In this document: one piece after another, positions 1 through 13,350 of the stretch | Numbering within the stretch: position 1 is the stretch's first letter | Layout of the letters: every line of letters begins with the position of its first letter | Source: Rhina ancylostomus | Lineage: Eukaryota | Length of the DNA stretch: 64,000 bases | Reading direction: 5' to 3' | Assembly: GCA_030265395.1 (NCBI GenBank) | Contig: JARFYF010000058.1 | Span: 12,467,495-12,531,494 of the forward strand | Made by a program: the position numbers and the translations under genes | The notes under the pieces: generated by a model | The model's database searches: none | The model's input: only the letters and a program-made list of their open reading frames with translations | Told to the model about the DNA's origin: nothing

Positions 1-194
1 AGACAATTGACCCGAAATGCTAACTCTGTTCCTCTCTCCACAGTTGCTGAATATTCAGAGTATTTTCTCTTGTTAATTGTGAACTTTGGCACGGGTCTGC
101 AAAGACCACAGCTCAGGGACATTCCTGATTAGTCAACCAGCTTTTACCACAAAGCAGTAGCAAAGAACGACAGTAATCTCCCTGCAGGTTATAG

Positions 195-445
195 TCTTAG
201 AGTCAAAGAGTTATATGGCACAGAATCAGGCCCTTCAGCCCAAATTGTCCATGCCAATTGTGATGCCCATACATGCCAATCACACTTGCCCATATAAAGC
301 CTGTATCCCTCTACTTCTTTCCAACCCAAGTACCCGTCCAAATGCCTCTTAAACATTGTAACTGTATCTGCCTCTGCCTCTTCCTCTGACAGCTGATTCC
401 ATGTAACCACCACCTTCTGTGTGAAAATCCTACCCCTTAAATCTC
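195..445 (-). mobile_element. CR1-type LINE 3' end remnant
   Basis: Minus-strand translation FTQKVVVTWNQLSEE...TMFKRHLDGYL resembles the CR1 ORF2 C-terminus; similar to copies at 11.4 and 17.8 kb. Confidence 0.7.
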
Positions 446-3400
446 CAGCTTGGACCAACCAATGCTTTTGAGCGATTGTTTTCAATGGCATCCATAGTAA
501 AGTGGGAAGAGTCCCAGCTCCTGATGGCAAGTTGACACACATCTTGATAATGTGTCAGGTTGGTCTCTCTGGTACTCTCTGGTACTCAGGTACCAGAGTA
601 TATGAATGTATCTGACTCAGATAATCACCAGCTCTGTCACAGGGGACAGACTCAGTCCCAACATCCCATCAGCAAACATGACAAACATAGCAGTGCTTGG
701 AGTAAGCTGGAGACCCTCATAACCTCAACAGTGCAAATGGTACAATATTTCTCTGCAGGCTTCAGAAGCTGAGGCTTGTGACAACAAGCACATAAGAAAT
801 AGCAGGTGGAGACCACACATCTCAAAGCTCTCCACCATGCAATAATATCTTGGTTGATCTTCTACCTCAGCTTCTGCCCTTCCCCATTATCTTTTGATAC
901 TCTTAATGCCTGAGTCTAGGTGTACTAGTAAGTTCATCACAGTCAACTTGGCTGAAGAAATCCTGTGTGAAGACAGCAACTTTTCTTTCTCTCTTGATCA
1001 CATTGGATGGAATGTTCAATGTGGCAAAGGAGGGTTGTTAGATTGAATGACTGTAGTAAAATGACCTTTAAGAGCGATGTTTTGGCATTTCTATTGAAGG
1101 TGGGTGTCAGACATAGGCCCTTGTTTTGAAGGTTGGCTCCAACCTCGCCGTTATGTACAAACCCAGCACATTCTTTTCTCCATAGCAGTACATTAATCCC
1201 TTGTGTCTACAGTCACGCAGAGGGAGCAAAGAAATATGAAGCAAACACCCACTGAGCCCAAGTATAAACGATGAAATTCATTTCACTTTCAGCCCAATAT
1301 TTTTCTCTGGAGCCGAGTGTTTTCTCCAATAAAAATTTTGAAGCATTGCAGACTCTGTATCATCAGCAGTTGTATAATATAGAGCCATAGCTGAAATGGG
1401 GACCGGCTGTGCGCAAATTTCAGAAAGGAATCCAACATGTGTTTTTTATGGATTCTGACAAAGCTCCAGCAGCTCTTTTGAACTCTTTCAGCCCCAATAA
1501 GATTCAAAAGGTATCAAGCCAAAACCAAGTTTAACCAAGGATGTATTAATCAAAAAATTATTGAACATTTTAAAATTTACTTATGTAATGCTTTCTTATA
1601 TAATGTTACTGATTATTGTGCACCCGCTGGCATTTCTAAGTGGGTTGAATATACACCATTCAGGAAAGCTGAGGGTACAACTGAATTGGCACAGCTAAAA
1701 TTGCTGTGAATTGCTATGTTTTCAGTCTGTGTAGGTCTTTACAAGGCTCTGGTGAGATTTGAGGTTGTGGAAGGAATTATGTTACTGAATGCCAACTGAC
1801 CATTCAGCCCAACGATTCGTGCTGGTGTTTGTTTCACAGAATCCTCTCCTATTCTTACTTCATATCACCCCCTCAACGTACCCTTTGAGTCCTCTCGACC
1901 GGGGCTTGGCTGTCCAGCCTGAGCCTTCAGGACTTGACAATATGTATTGGGTGAGGTTTGGGTTGAGTTCAACTGTGCCATATTGACCTGGTCCAGTATT
2001 TTATCCAGGTCAGGATTATATGCTTAGTATGATTCTGCTCTTGATCAGTAGCAATGTATGTGCAGCACAGGCCAGTGGGAATTTTCCACTTTTTTTTGCA
2101 AATGCCTCTGAGTCAGGTTGGCTGTGGAAAAATTGAAACAGTGTTGGGCACGAGTTAAATTTGGATTGGCCGCTGTCAGGGTGGAGAGTGTTGAGTTTTA
2201 ATTTTATACTCAAAAAGATCCCAGTTTTCTGCCACATGATCTTATCTCGCTTCTGTGTAAATCTATCTCCACTAATCTCAAGCATTCCACCTGGTAGCAG
2301 TTTCCACTGTCTTCTAAATGAAAGAGTTTTTCTTGACTTCCTTATTGACAGTTATCTCAACTCTACAGCCCTGATTTTGGGCTCCCCCATCAATGGAAGA
2401 TCCTATCATCAAATAACAAAACACTAAGAGTATTGTTTTCAACTTTACATAAAACATGATTGTAAATCAGTACATCCTGAGCAAGCCTGTTAGTTAATGA
2501 TAGCTTATAGCCACAAACTGTGACCAATTAGAAGTTATTTCCTGTGGTTGGTAAATTTCTCTGGCAGATGCTAATAAATTGCTGGTGTGCTCCCATAGGC
2601 TGATATAAACTGTCTGTTTTTCTTTTTTGTTATCTGCATTGACACAAAAATTTGCATACATGGAAACAAAAATGTGATATCTATGTCTCAAAGATCGTCT
2701 TTATAAACCAAAAATATGAACTCAATGAAATCACAATGAAACCTCTTTCACATTCCCTTCCCGGTGGTGCTGCCACGTTCTCGAACCCTTAACCTCTCCT
2801 GTTATTGTCACTTCAGTGTTTCTTTCTGCACTACTTCAGTTTGCACTACTGTACTTCATAACATTCCGTTGTTTTGCACTCATTGCTGTATTCATTGTCA
2901 TATATATTACCATGTATACCGTTTATATACATGACAATAAACTAATCTGATTTAAGCTGATCTGAAAAGTTAAAGTGTAGAAAGAAGTTATCTAGCATAT
3001 TCCAAGCTGTCTAATCCAAATGCATTCCCTTAACCTTTCCGTGCATACAAGCATGCTCGTTCTTTGAAATACTTTTTTCCCCCTTTTTCTTGGTGTTATG
3101 TTGAAACCTCTTTGCATAAATTAGTTATATTTGCTTATAAATTTATCCAATTTCTTCCTTTTTTCTTGTCTTGATAAGCCTAAATATTTGTCATGCGTTG
3201 AGGATTTATCAGACAATAAAGACAAGCTTTTGCATTGCTGCTTCTCAAAATATTTTGTCATTTTAAAAGATGTCATTTGCTTCCCTCTTAAAAGTTGATG
3301 AACCCCTGTTTTCTGAGGTTTTCTTCATAACTACAACCTCGTATTCCTGATAACAGGAGAATGAATCTTCACTGATCTCGTTCCCTGGGTTTGTTTCCAC

Positions 3401-4647
3401 TCCTATCACGATATGCACAGAACCACACAATACTCCAACTGTGGTCCAATTAATGCCTTGCACCAATTTAACAATTCTTTTCTTTCATAGCCTACACCCC
3501 CACGAATAAATCCCAGGGTTGCACTCACTTTTATTTCCATTCATTTTAATTTTAAATCCTTGAATTCCATGAGAGTTAAATTCAGTCTTGTTAGTTAAGT
3601 TTAGTTTGATTGACTGCTTCTCAAAGCCTTTAGACATTTTAAGGAATAAACCTAAGGAACTGTTTAATACAGTTATTTGACTTGTGCCTGAATTCCCTGT
3701 TATTTTTATCCTTTTTATTGAGCCCCACCCAGATCTAGCATTGCTGTCAGTGGAGGACAGCTCACACTCCCACTGCCTCGCCTCTGCCACTTTCTAAATG
3801 AAGTTGTGCAGGACATGGACAAGCATTTGTTCTATACTGATGGTGCAGGAGCAAAACTCAACGAAGAAGCTGTGAAATTTAATTTTTTTATAATTAATAT
3901 TAGATGTGATTTCCAGTCTGCATCAGATTGACTGAAAATAAATTCATAGCCAAGAAAAAATATTTGCAGTGCTTGAGTCTCTAATTGTAGCACCAATTGC
4001 CAACATGCAGGCAAGATAGCTGTGCAGAATTAGGTTGTTGAGGTATTTGGGAAAGGATTCCCTCTGTATGCTGTATTAGTGACATTAACTGCAGCAGCCA
4101 CTTTGGAACATCCTTACCGTTTCACTTGTATTATTAAGACTGGAAATATGCAGTGCTCCTAACACAGTGACCAGACAATGTCTTCCACCTCAAGTTGCTC
4201 ACTGAGTTTTGCAATCAAACTACCTTAATTTGAATAGTTTGATGCACACAAGGACCTGAGCTTTTATTGTTTGCGAATTGGAGTCTAGTTACACACTGGG
4301 GAGGTCGCTGTGAAAATAGTTCTAGTGGTTGTCACACCACAAAGGTCATTGATCAGCATTCCTCACACTGAGAGATACAGTTAGATCTCTCCCTAGCTAA
4401 TCAGCAACCCCACCCCATTCTTGCCTGCTTCTGAGTGAAGCTCACTGCAGTTACTCCTCATAAGCATCAAAACAATAAGCCTGAGGTGAAAAGAATTACT
4501 TCATTCCACAGTTTTAATTTTTCCTCAGATCTCTTTGATGACTAGATACATGCATAAACATACATCTCCACATGTGCATGCACGCACACACACAGACACT
4601 CAAGTACACACACAAACACACTCTCTTATAATCAGCGAACGTCTTAC

Positions 4648-5082
4648 CTGATAAATCATTACTTTGAAGTTATTCCGTTTCAGTAGCATGGCCTCATTTG
4701 TTTCGAGTTTCTTGATCTGCGCTGCCTGCTTCTCCATGTTGTGCTTGATGGTCTTAACGTTGACATTGACTTTCAGAATCTTCTCAAGCATCTTGTTGAC
4801 ACTGTTGCTGGAGGTTGCATGCGACTTGGTGAGCTTGCTCAGCTCGTTCTGAATGGTGAAGACTGCGTTTTCCATCTCCAGATGCCGTTGCTCCAGCTGC
4901 TGCTGGCTGGTTTGGATCTGATCAACCATGCCCACCACTTTGTCCAGGAGAGTGAGCACCAGTACCCCATTGAACTGAGGCTCTGCTTTAGGGCTCTCAT
5001 TGTGCTTTTGCGGCTCTGGAACCTCAGGGCTCTCCTGCTCCCGCTCCTGCTCATGTTCTTCAGTCTGCATGGAGTCTGCCAT
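4648..5082 (-). CDS. CAVIN1: Caveolae-associated protein 1 (cavin-1/PTRF), coding exon 1 (145 codons: acidic N-terminus plus HR1 coiled coil); exon 2 lies left of the window
   Basis: Translation MADSMQTEE...NGVLVLTLLDKVVGMVDQIQ...SKLTKSHATSSNSVNKMLEK...QIKKLETNEAMLLKRNNFKVMIYQ closely matches recalled cavin-1 HR1 (NGVLVLSLLDK...RRRNFKVMIYQ). Strong Kozak gccATGg; ends CAG|gtaaga in phase 0, the same exon boundary as mammalian CAVIN1; neighbour is ATP6V0A1. Confidence 0.93.
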
Positions 5083-5157
5083 GGCTGGAAATGTCAAACT
5101 GGGATTGAAAATACCGATTGAACCTGGGCTCACTGTGTTGGGATGGAAGCCAGTCCT

Positions 5158-5160
<3 letters not shown>

Positions 5161-5192
<32 letters not shown>
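5161..5192. repeat. (GA)n microsatellite just upstream of the CAVIN1 ATG
   Basis: About 16 perfect GA units, read directly. Confidence 0.95.
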
Positions 5193-5197
<5 letters not shown>

Positions 5198-5339
5198 AGA
5201 GGAGCCTGTGTGTATGTGCTCTCACTCCAGTTACACAGCTGCTCAAGAAGTGTCCAAAAAAATTTGCAAGCTTAAAAGGACATCAGCTACTCCACCTAGC
5301 TGCACAGAGCGAGACTGCTGAAGTTCATGCCAGCCCCCT

Positions 5340-5455
5340 CCTTAAATTGTTTGAATAGTTTGGAGGGAGTTGAAGACTTCCAATGCATGCACAGGCAAAT
5401 CTAATGAGGAATGCACACCGCCAACAAAAAATATCCCAGACCTGAGATAGGAATG
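5340..5455. promoter_or_regulatory. Putative CAVIN1 proximal promoter motifs: two MCAT/TEAD cores (GGAATG 5408-5413, 5450-5455) and a one-mismatch CArG-like box (CCTTAAATTG 5340-5349)
   Basis: Motifs read directly, 260-370 bp upstream of the ATG; function inferred only. Confidence 0.4.
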
Positions 5456-6779
5456 TTCGCAGAACTGGGCTCTATACTTTGCATAACAGGCTCTGGAAAT
5501 GCTTGGTGGATGAATCCAGCTTCAAAACAGACTGCTGCACAAACCAGTCACACATGCCCACTCATACAAAGGGACAGCTGAATTTCCATTGTGGAAAATC
5601 TACGAGTCTAAGCAATTTCTCTTTGTAAAGAAAGGCAATTTCTAGTACAGATAGTAAAATTCAGCAACAGTTAACATCAATTTCCATACTTAGCTGTCTT
5701 TCAGAATGAGCACAATTCTATATTTAGATTCTCACTGTTATCTGTGTTTCTTTGAAGTTCGTAAAACCTCATGTCTGTGTAATATTCTACAAATGGAGCA
5801 GGCTGGAAACAGCTGGAAACAATTCCCAAAGGAGAGTTTTCTTAGAATTAGTATGCAAAAATGACATCAAACATGTAGGACTAGAGGCAAAAGGGAATCT
5901 CCTCAGTGATGCCTTTATTGCAAAGCACCAGAGTGAAGAAGAACATGGAGAATGCTTTCTTTGCCTGATGCTATATAAGTCACAGTGATCATGTGTGGCC
6001 CAGTTTCTTAATGCAATCCAAGAACCCTGCAATGAGTCGATTATATTTTTCTTCAACTATCTGTTCTGCTGCAGGAGGGGTGTTTTCTGTAGCCAAGTGT
6101 TCTTCCAGATTACCACTTTCATGGAAAATGGCATTTGGGAGAGGAATTGAGGAGTGTTTTGTTTATGCTATTCTACTACAACAAGCATCACATGAGAAGC
6201 TAAACTCATTCTTCTTCTTACTTATGGGGAGGATTTTCTATATTATTATTTGTGACAGGATTTTAACATGTATTACATGCTTGTATTTAAGCAGATGTTA
6301 GAATGCTGTCATAAATTCACCTACAAATATGGAGCAAGGTCCTGAGGTGATTTTGCTGTCTGAGCAAGGGATAGTGGCATTGTCCCCATGGTGCACTGCC
6401 ACCCTCAAGGCTTGATTTTTGGTGGCTCAATCCATTAATAAAGCCCTCAGTCTGGGGAATGGAAGTTGTAGAGCAGAGCACTGAGGGGCATCTAAGAGAC
6501 CTGGAATGGCAGGACAACAAATAACTGGTACAGCACTGGAAAAAAAAACATGGGGCGGAGGGGCCTCAGTTAGTCAGCTGGCTCCAACTTAGTCCCCTGG
6601 TGTGAAGGATCTCAATGTGTCAATCAGATAACTGTCATGGATGTGGCCACCTTTGAAGAANNNNNNNNNNNNNNNNNNNNNNNNNNNNNNNNNNNNNNNN
6701 NNNNNNNNNNNNNNNNNNNNNNNNNNNNNNNNNNNNNNNNNNNNNNNNNNNNNNNNNNNNTTGAAGAAATGAGACAAGG

Positions 6780-7210
6780 AAATTATTACAGTGATAAATA
6801 GAAGGTATAAAAACAATTTACAAAGATGATAGCATAACTGAGAAGAGATCCCCATCAGAGCAGGATGGGCAGACTGCTACTTCTGAACAGAACGCCAAGA
6901 GATGACACATTGGAGATTGTTAAAATCAGCAAAGGTGGACGGTGTTTCTCTTTGTGGGAAGAAAGAACTAGAAGCCACCAAGATAAGAATTCCAAAGGTC
7001 ATTAAAGACAATTCTTTTCCCAGAGAGTGGCATGGATGAGGAACTCTGGATGAAGTGAATAGCGTAGATTCATATAAGGGTGGGCGAGCTGGATAGACAT
7101 GAGAAGGAAGTCAATGCTCATATAGATGGTGCTAGATGAGGAAGAATAGTCAGAGGCTTGAGTGGATTGTAATCATCAACATGGTCTGATTTTGTATGGC
7201 TTCTGAATGG
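6780..7210 (+). mobile_element. Highly decayed CR1-type LINE 3' fragment
   Basis: Degenerate matches to the other CR1 copies (agaactagaagccac..., ttcttttcccagagagtggc...tggaactct). Confidence 0.5.
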
Positions 7211-9479
7211 TGAGTTCCACATAAAACTACAATGGCAGAATTACAAATGGCTGCTCCCACCTCACAACCATAATAATGTGCTTGACACTAGTACAGGTCT
7301 AAACTCTGCTCTGTCCATTAAAGTCCCAGAGAAACAAAATAGGACAAACAACTGGTATTGCGAAGAACAGTTCACAATGAGGTCACTGCAATTTTATAGA
7401 ACAACAACCAATAGATTAGAATTGAGAATTAACACCGCAAATATGTGTTATTACCTCACATTACAAAAATAAACTTCTGTTACTTATGCACTTATCTAGT
7501 ATTGACTGTGACTGTCACTGGAATTCAACCTACCTTTATCTTTATGTCATCCCCACTGGTCACACTACCTACCAGAGGACACTAAACATGGACCAATGTG
7601 GTCTGGATTTCAAGCCCTTGGAGTATTGGGAACTGAGATTTTCTGAGGGTTTTTTTAATTTGATTAATAAAATGACTCACAAAAAGATGTTAATGTTTTT
7701 CCGAGTTTTCACAGCTGTGCTGGTCTGTCAAGATCTGCTGATATTGGATGGTGGGATTTTCCATAGTTTGCAGCTGTCAAAGGATAATAGTTGTAGAGGA
7801 ATTCTCCTAATACTGCCAATGAAACTGACACGGTGCCCCCTCTAGGTAGGTGGTGGAATCAGAAATTGGCAACTGAAGTTATTAACAAAGAGTTGAAAAT
7901 TATCCATTTCTTGATCAATGGTGTACATCAGAGTTGTGTCACTCAACATGCCAATGCAGAATATAACTAGTGCTGTCTGCTGAAGTAAGGCAGCCAACAA
8001 ACACTGTCCATTGTGGTTCTAAGGGCAATTATAACCTCATGATGGCTCCTCTATTCTCAGCTGCCTAATCCTATACTTGATCAATTTGGGCATTAGTCTT
8101 CTTGACATTAGAAGGCTCCAGTTCTGAATTTGTTCTGTTCCTCCTTTGCAACTGTTCTGCATTGTGTTGTTTTTCCAAGTTTGAACTGTAGCTTTAGAGG
8201 CCTGGTGGGGTTCGAGCAAGCAGCAACTCATTACATCCCTGTTCTAGCTCGGGTTTCTTACAGGACCAGGTGGAATTATGAACTCTGGTTGGAATGTATT
8301 CCTGGCGGTTATATCTCATGACCACTTGCATTGAATCACCCAGACTTCACCCTTCGACCATTGCTCTATCCTCCAGCTATTCAATTATAAAGGGAGCAGA
8401 TTCTTTGAGGGAAATTTTAATATAGTTGTTTGCATGGCATCAGGAGTCAGTGAGGATTGTGTGAAAAGGAGGGAAATTCTAAGTGCATCAAGAAAGTGGC
8501 TCCAAACCAGTGACATCAGTTTTAACAAATGGATGCAAGGGTGGGCAGCCAATCTGTGCACAGGAACATTTTAGGGATGTCAGTATGGATGGGAACTTCT
8601 GGTTCGACCTGTCGAACACAGGCCTCAGGAATTCCAGCATGTGAAGGGAAGTGAGGATAGTCCAGAGTTGAAGCTTAGTGCCTGTTCAGCTGTGCTTGTG
8701 GGTCAGAAGGAGCACAAGTGTCTCCATCCAACTCCCCCACGCTCCTCTTCATCATAAACCTACCAGAGATGCCCCACCCTCCCCCTTGAATCCACAGCTC
8801 CACGTAAAGTCCCCTTTGTCTGGGATTGCAGTCCAGCTCTTCCACCAAGATATGGAATAGGCGTCAGTGGTCCTGCAGCCTGTCCTGTGGTCCTAGACCC
8901 GCCAATCAAGCTGACATTTGGGTGGGGGTACCATCAAGGATGAAAGACATACACTTCACAACATTTAGGGAAACTTGAATCCCCCCCATCCCGTCACCCA
9001 GGTAACTCAGCCCACAGAACCCACAATTCTCTCTGCTACCCCAGTGAATATCCAGGTCATTGTAGCCTTCTTGATTAATCTTGACCATTAGTGAAGCACC
9101 TCTTTCCTCCATCATTGCCAACATTTTTCCAATTAGTTAAAAAAGAAAATCTTTGAGATTTCTCTCCTGGGTTACCCATAGCGATTTAATTCCCAGAGAT
9201 ACTGGANNNNNNNNNNNNNNNNNNNNNNNNNNNNNNNNNNNNNNNNNNNNNNNNNNNNNNNNNNNNNNNNNNNNNNNNNNNNNNNNNNNNNNNNNNNNNN
9301 NNNNNNTAGCTCCACTTTTAATAAAGCACTGAACCATTAAGTGATGCTGGAATCTGGAGCAAGAAAAGAACTACTGGAGGAACTCAGCAGGTCAAGCAGC
9401 ACCTGTGGCAGCAGAGGGATACGTTGACATTTCGTGTTGTGACCCTGCATCACGACTGCCTGTGCTTTTGGAATCGTTA

Positions 9480-9734
<255 letters not shown>

Positions 9735-9779
9735 TTAAAGCCAGTTCATTCATTTCTTAGTATCTTGATGTCACCAATG

Positions 9780-10700
9780 TCTAGTACAAGCCCTTAAGAA
9801 GCTCCTGCTGTAGTCCTGGTGAATGTACTCACAATATGGATGAACAGGGAATTCCAGAGAGGACTGGAAAGGACTTGGAAAGGAACACACATGTAGTGTT
9901 GTTTCCAGACACCTGAAGCTCATCCTCCTTGGCAAGACAGGTCATCTTTGTTGGAACAAGCTAGTGAATAATTACACACTGCAGGTGCTGTGTGCTGGTG
10001 GAGGGTCATTCACTTTTGTCCTGCTTGGTGTTGAGCTGCTGGAAATGCTCACATCAAGACCTGCGTGGAAAGTATTCCATAATACTTCGGACTTATGGAT
10101 GGTCAGTAGGCTTTGGAGGTACTTACAATGGGATACCCAGCCTCTGACCTGTTCCTGTAGCCACGGTAACCCCCAGGATGTTGGTGGTGGGCAATTGAAC
10201 AGCAATAATTCCATTGACTCTCAAGGTTATACGTTAGACTCTCTGATGTTGAATATGACCATTGTCTTAACAAATATTGCTTGCCACTTTGTCTAAGCCT
10301 TGCTGCATGCAAGAGTGGAGCACTTGAACCATTGAGGAGCTGCGGATTGAACTGAACATGGTGCGATGATCAGAGAGCATCTTTGCTTCTGAAGGTCATT
10401 GATGAAGTGGCTGAAGATGGTTGAGTTTCAACACTGTGCTGGGATGATTGACCTCTAATAAGGCCGACCATCTTCCTTTGTCAGAGGAATAACACCAACC
10501 ATTGGAGTGTTTGCTTTGGTGCCTCTCTTGTCCAAATGGTGTCCTGATGTCAAGGCCTCTCATTCTCACCTCATTTCCTGGAATTAAGTTGTTTGGACCA
10601 AGTCTTTGATGGACTCTGGAGCTAAAAAGGGTACTGGCAAAACCCAAACTGGTCACGAATGAGAGAGTGCGACTCAGTACCAGTTCACAAAATACACTGC
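9780..10700 (-). mobile_element. Decayed non-LTR retrotransposon, same family as the 15.8-17.3 kb and 37.7-38.6 kb copies
   Basis: Reverse-complement similarity to those copies, judged by eye. Confidence 0.55.
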
Positions 10701-11344
10701 AGGTACTTGCCTTGCCTACACCAACACCACCCAAATCCAGAATCTCTCCTGCCAAGAACCCACAGGCAGTAAGCACACCTGAAACCCGCTATTTCCCTCC
10801 CAAGTCACCTTCCATCCTGAATTAGGAATATATTGCCATGTGTAATTCTTGCAACAATAGTCCGATCAGGTACTTTCTTTGGAAGAGCTGCTCTGATTCC
10901 AGGTGGCTCACCATCAGCCCCTCAAGCACACTTAGGGACGGACAGGAAGTGCTGGTCCTGTCAACAGTGCCTTGATCTGGGAAAAGAAACAAGTTCCTTT
11001 TGGACAGTACAGCAAACATGGAGATTCAACTTCTGAATGTCACCTGGCTGCTCCCGATCTCCACAAATATGAAGAGGCGAAACCTACCTGATAGCTTTAG
11101 TTCCATGCTGCTGTGTTCAATGAATGTAACGTTCACTCGACCACTGGAAATGTTAAAGTGATTAACTGTTAATGTCGCTGGCTGTTTCTTTCCAAGGTAT
11201 TCATAGAAGCCCTTCCAAACAGAGTTGCGAGCGAATACGTCTGGAGGAACTAGAAGGGAGATTTTTCATTAGGAAAATCACAGTGCCAAATTAGAGAAAA
11301 ATCCAGAGACATTTGCTTTATAAAGACATCATTTTCAGGTTTTC

Positions 11345-11655
11345 AGTCATCCAGCACAGAAACAGGACCTTCACCCAACCGGTCCACACCGACCAAGATT
11401 CCCATTTGCCTGCGTTTGGCCCATACCTTCCCTATCCATGTACCTGCCCAAGTACCTTTTGAATGTTAATGTACCTTTGCCCACCCCTTCATCTAGCAGC
11501 TTGTTCCATGTACCCACCACCCTCTGGGTGAAAAAGTTTCCCCTCAGGTTCCTATTAAATCTCTCCCCTCTCACCTTTAACCTATGCCCTCTAGTTCTTG
11601 ATTCCCAACATTGGGAAAAAAGACTCTGCACACACTGACCCTGTCTATACCCCTC
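11345..11655 (-). mobile_element. CR1 LINE 3' end
   Basis: ESRTRGHRLKVRGERFNRNLRGNFFTQRVVGTWNKL, typical CR1 ORF2 C-terminus. Confidence 0.85.
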
Positions 11656-11799
11656 TGTAAGCATGCTCCCTCATTTCCTACTCATTGAATTTAAAATGAT
11701 TATCCCATAACTTGCAATGTTGGCCCAACTAAAAGAAAAATCGAATCACTGAAGCATCATTATAGGAAAGAATTGTATGAACTCTCAAGCTCAATTCAG

Positions 11800-12220
11800 C
11801 CTTCAATTGGATCATGGCTGATCCCTGCTTTCAACTTCATTTACCCATCAATTCTCCAGATGCCCCGAATTCCAAAAATCTGTCTTTTCCCCAGCTCTGA
11901 ATCCACTCAACAACTGAGCAACCACTGCTTTTGAAGATGGAAGAACCCAAGGATTCACAACACGTGAAGGAATCTCTCCTGATCTCAGTCATGAATGAGT
12001 GTCTATACATCCTGCACTGTACCCGAGTTCTAAAATCACTGACCCGGGCAAACAGCTTCTCAAACTCTGTCTAACCATTATAGTGTTGTATGTCACCACA
12101 AGATCACCTCTGATTTTAAATTCCAGTGAGTATAGACCCATCCGCATCAAGATTCCACTGAACTGTTTCCAAGTGCGGAAACAGTCAAAGGAGACCAGAA
12201 TGTCCAGGTATAGCCTCAAA
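11800..12220 (-). mobile_element. Decayed CR1 LINE fragment
   Basis: RMGLYSLEFKIRGDLV resembles the CR1 LGLFSLE.RRLRGDL motif. Confidence 0.6.
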
Positions 12221-12264
12221 GGTAAAACCACAGCAAGACGTCCTCACTCTGACACTCATTCACA

Positions 12265-12695
12265 ATAGAGGGCCCAGCACAGCACGGACACCAGCCTCCC
12301 CTCCATGGACTCTGTCTGTACCTCTCACTGCCTTGGTGAAGCAGCCGGCACAATCAAAGACCCCACCCACCCTGGATATTTTCTCTTCTCCCCTCTATCA
12401 GGCAGAAGATACAGGAGCCTGAGGGCATGTACCACCAGGCTCAAGGACAGCTTCTATCCCACGGTGATGAGACTCTTATACAATGAGATGGACTCTTGAC
12501 CTCACAATCTATTTTGCACCTTACTGTCTGCCTGCACTGCACTTCCCTGTAGCTGTGACACTTTACTCTGTATTCTGTTATTGTTTTTGCCCTGTACTAC
12601 CTCAATGCACTGTGTACTGAATTGATCTGTACAAACAGTATGCAAGACAAGCTTTTCACTGTACCTCAGTACAAGTTAAATAATAAACCAATACC
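12265..12695 (+). mobile_element. Rex1/Babar-type LINE 3' end
   Basis: AAGTIKDPTHPGYFLFSPLSGRRYRSLRACTTRLKDSFYP followed by a 3' UTR ending aataataaaccaatacc; second copy at 28.6 kb. Confidence 0.75.
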
Positions 12696-12939
12696 GAGCC
12701 TATTTGTCATATCTGTGGCAGGTAAGTCTTATGTACATGCTATAGACTCTATGGCCAATGCCATCTACCACCCCTGAGGATTCTTACTCTGTTTCATCTC
12801 ATCTCCCACCTCAGGTGGGACGAAGTCTAACCTGACTGTAAGGGGCCATCAAAAATGAGGAATCAGCCTCCAGTCGTACTCACCCTCTGATCTTGGTTGA
12901 AGGTAACCCAGCATGGGAGGAGGAGACATTTTTGCAGAG

Positions 12940-13350
12940 ATAACCAAAAGCTTGGTCAAAAGAAAGAGAGGTGACAGGCTGAGAGGTTTAAGGAAGGGAA
13001 TTCCAGAGCTCGTGGCCATGGCAGCTGAAGGTTTGGCTGCCAGTTGTGGAGAGATTAAATACTGGGATCAGTCAGGGGAATGCAGGTTTCTCAGACTTCT
13101 TTAGCGATGGAGAAGGTAACACAGGGAGTAGAGCAACAGAGGAGAGATTTGAAAACAAGGATGAGGAACTTTGAAGTGAGGCATTATTTGACTGGGATCC
13201 AGTGCTGTACAGAAGCACAGGGTGAATGGGACTTGCATCAGTTAAGACCTGGCAGCAGAGTTTTGGACTCATAGTTCGATGGAGAGCAAACCAAGGGAGC
13301 ACGATGGATCAGTCCAATGATAGAATATCATATGGCTGAGGTTTTTTGCA
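12940..13350 (-). mobile_element. Probable L2-type LINE remnant
   Basis: Purine-rich tract (ggaagggaattccagagc...gagagatttgaaaacaaggatgagg) resembling antisense L2 ORF2; recognised from memory only. Confidence 0.45.

Noticed and set aside
4600-5133. Full 177-aa ORF as a complete single-exon protein, and the antisense ORFs over it
   Set aside because: The better start is the Kozak ATG at 5082 and the frame is spliced at 4648; the antisense ORFs are shadows of coiled-coil codon usage.
8906-9124. Faint resemblance to a Harbinger transposase motif (INQEGYNDLDIH versus NRKGYHSINVQ)
   Set aside because: Too weak to support without an HMM search.
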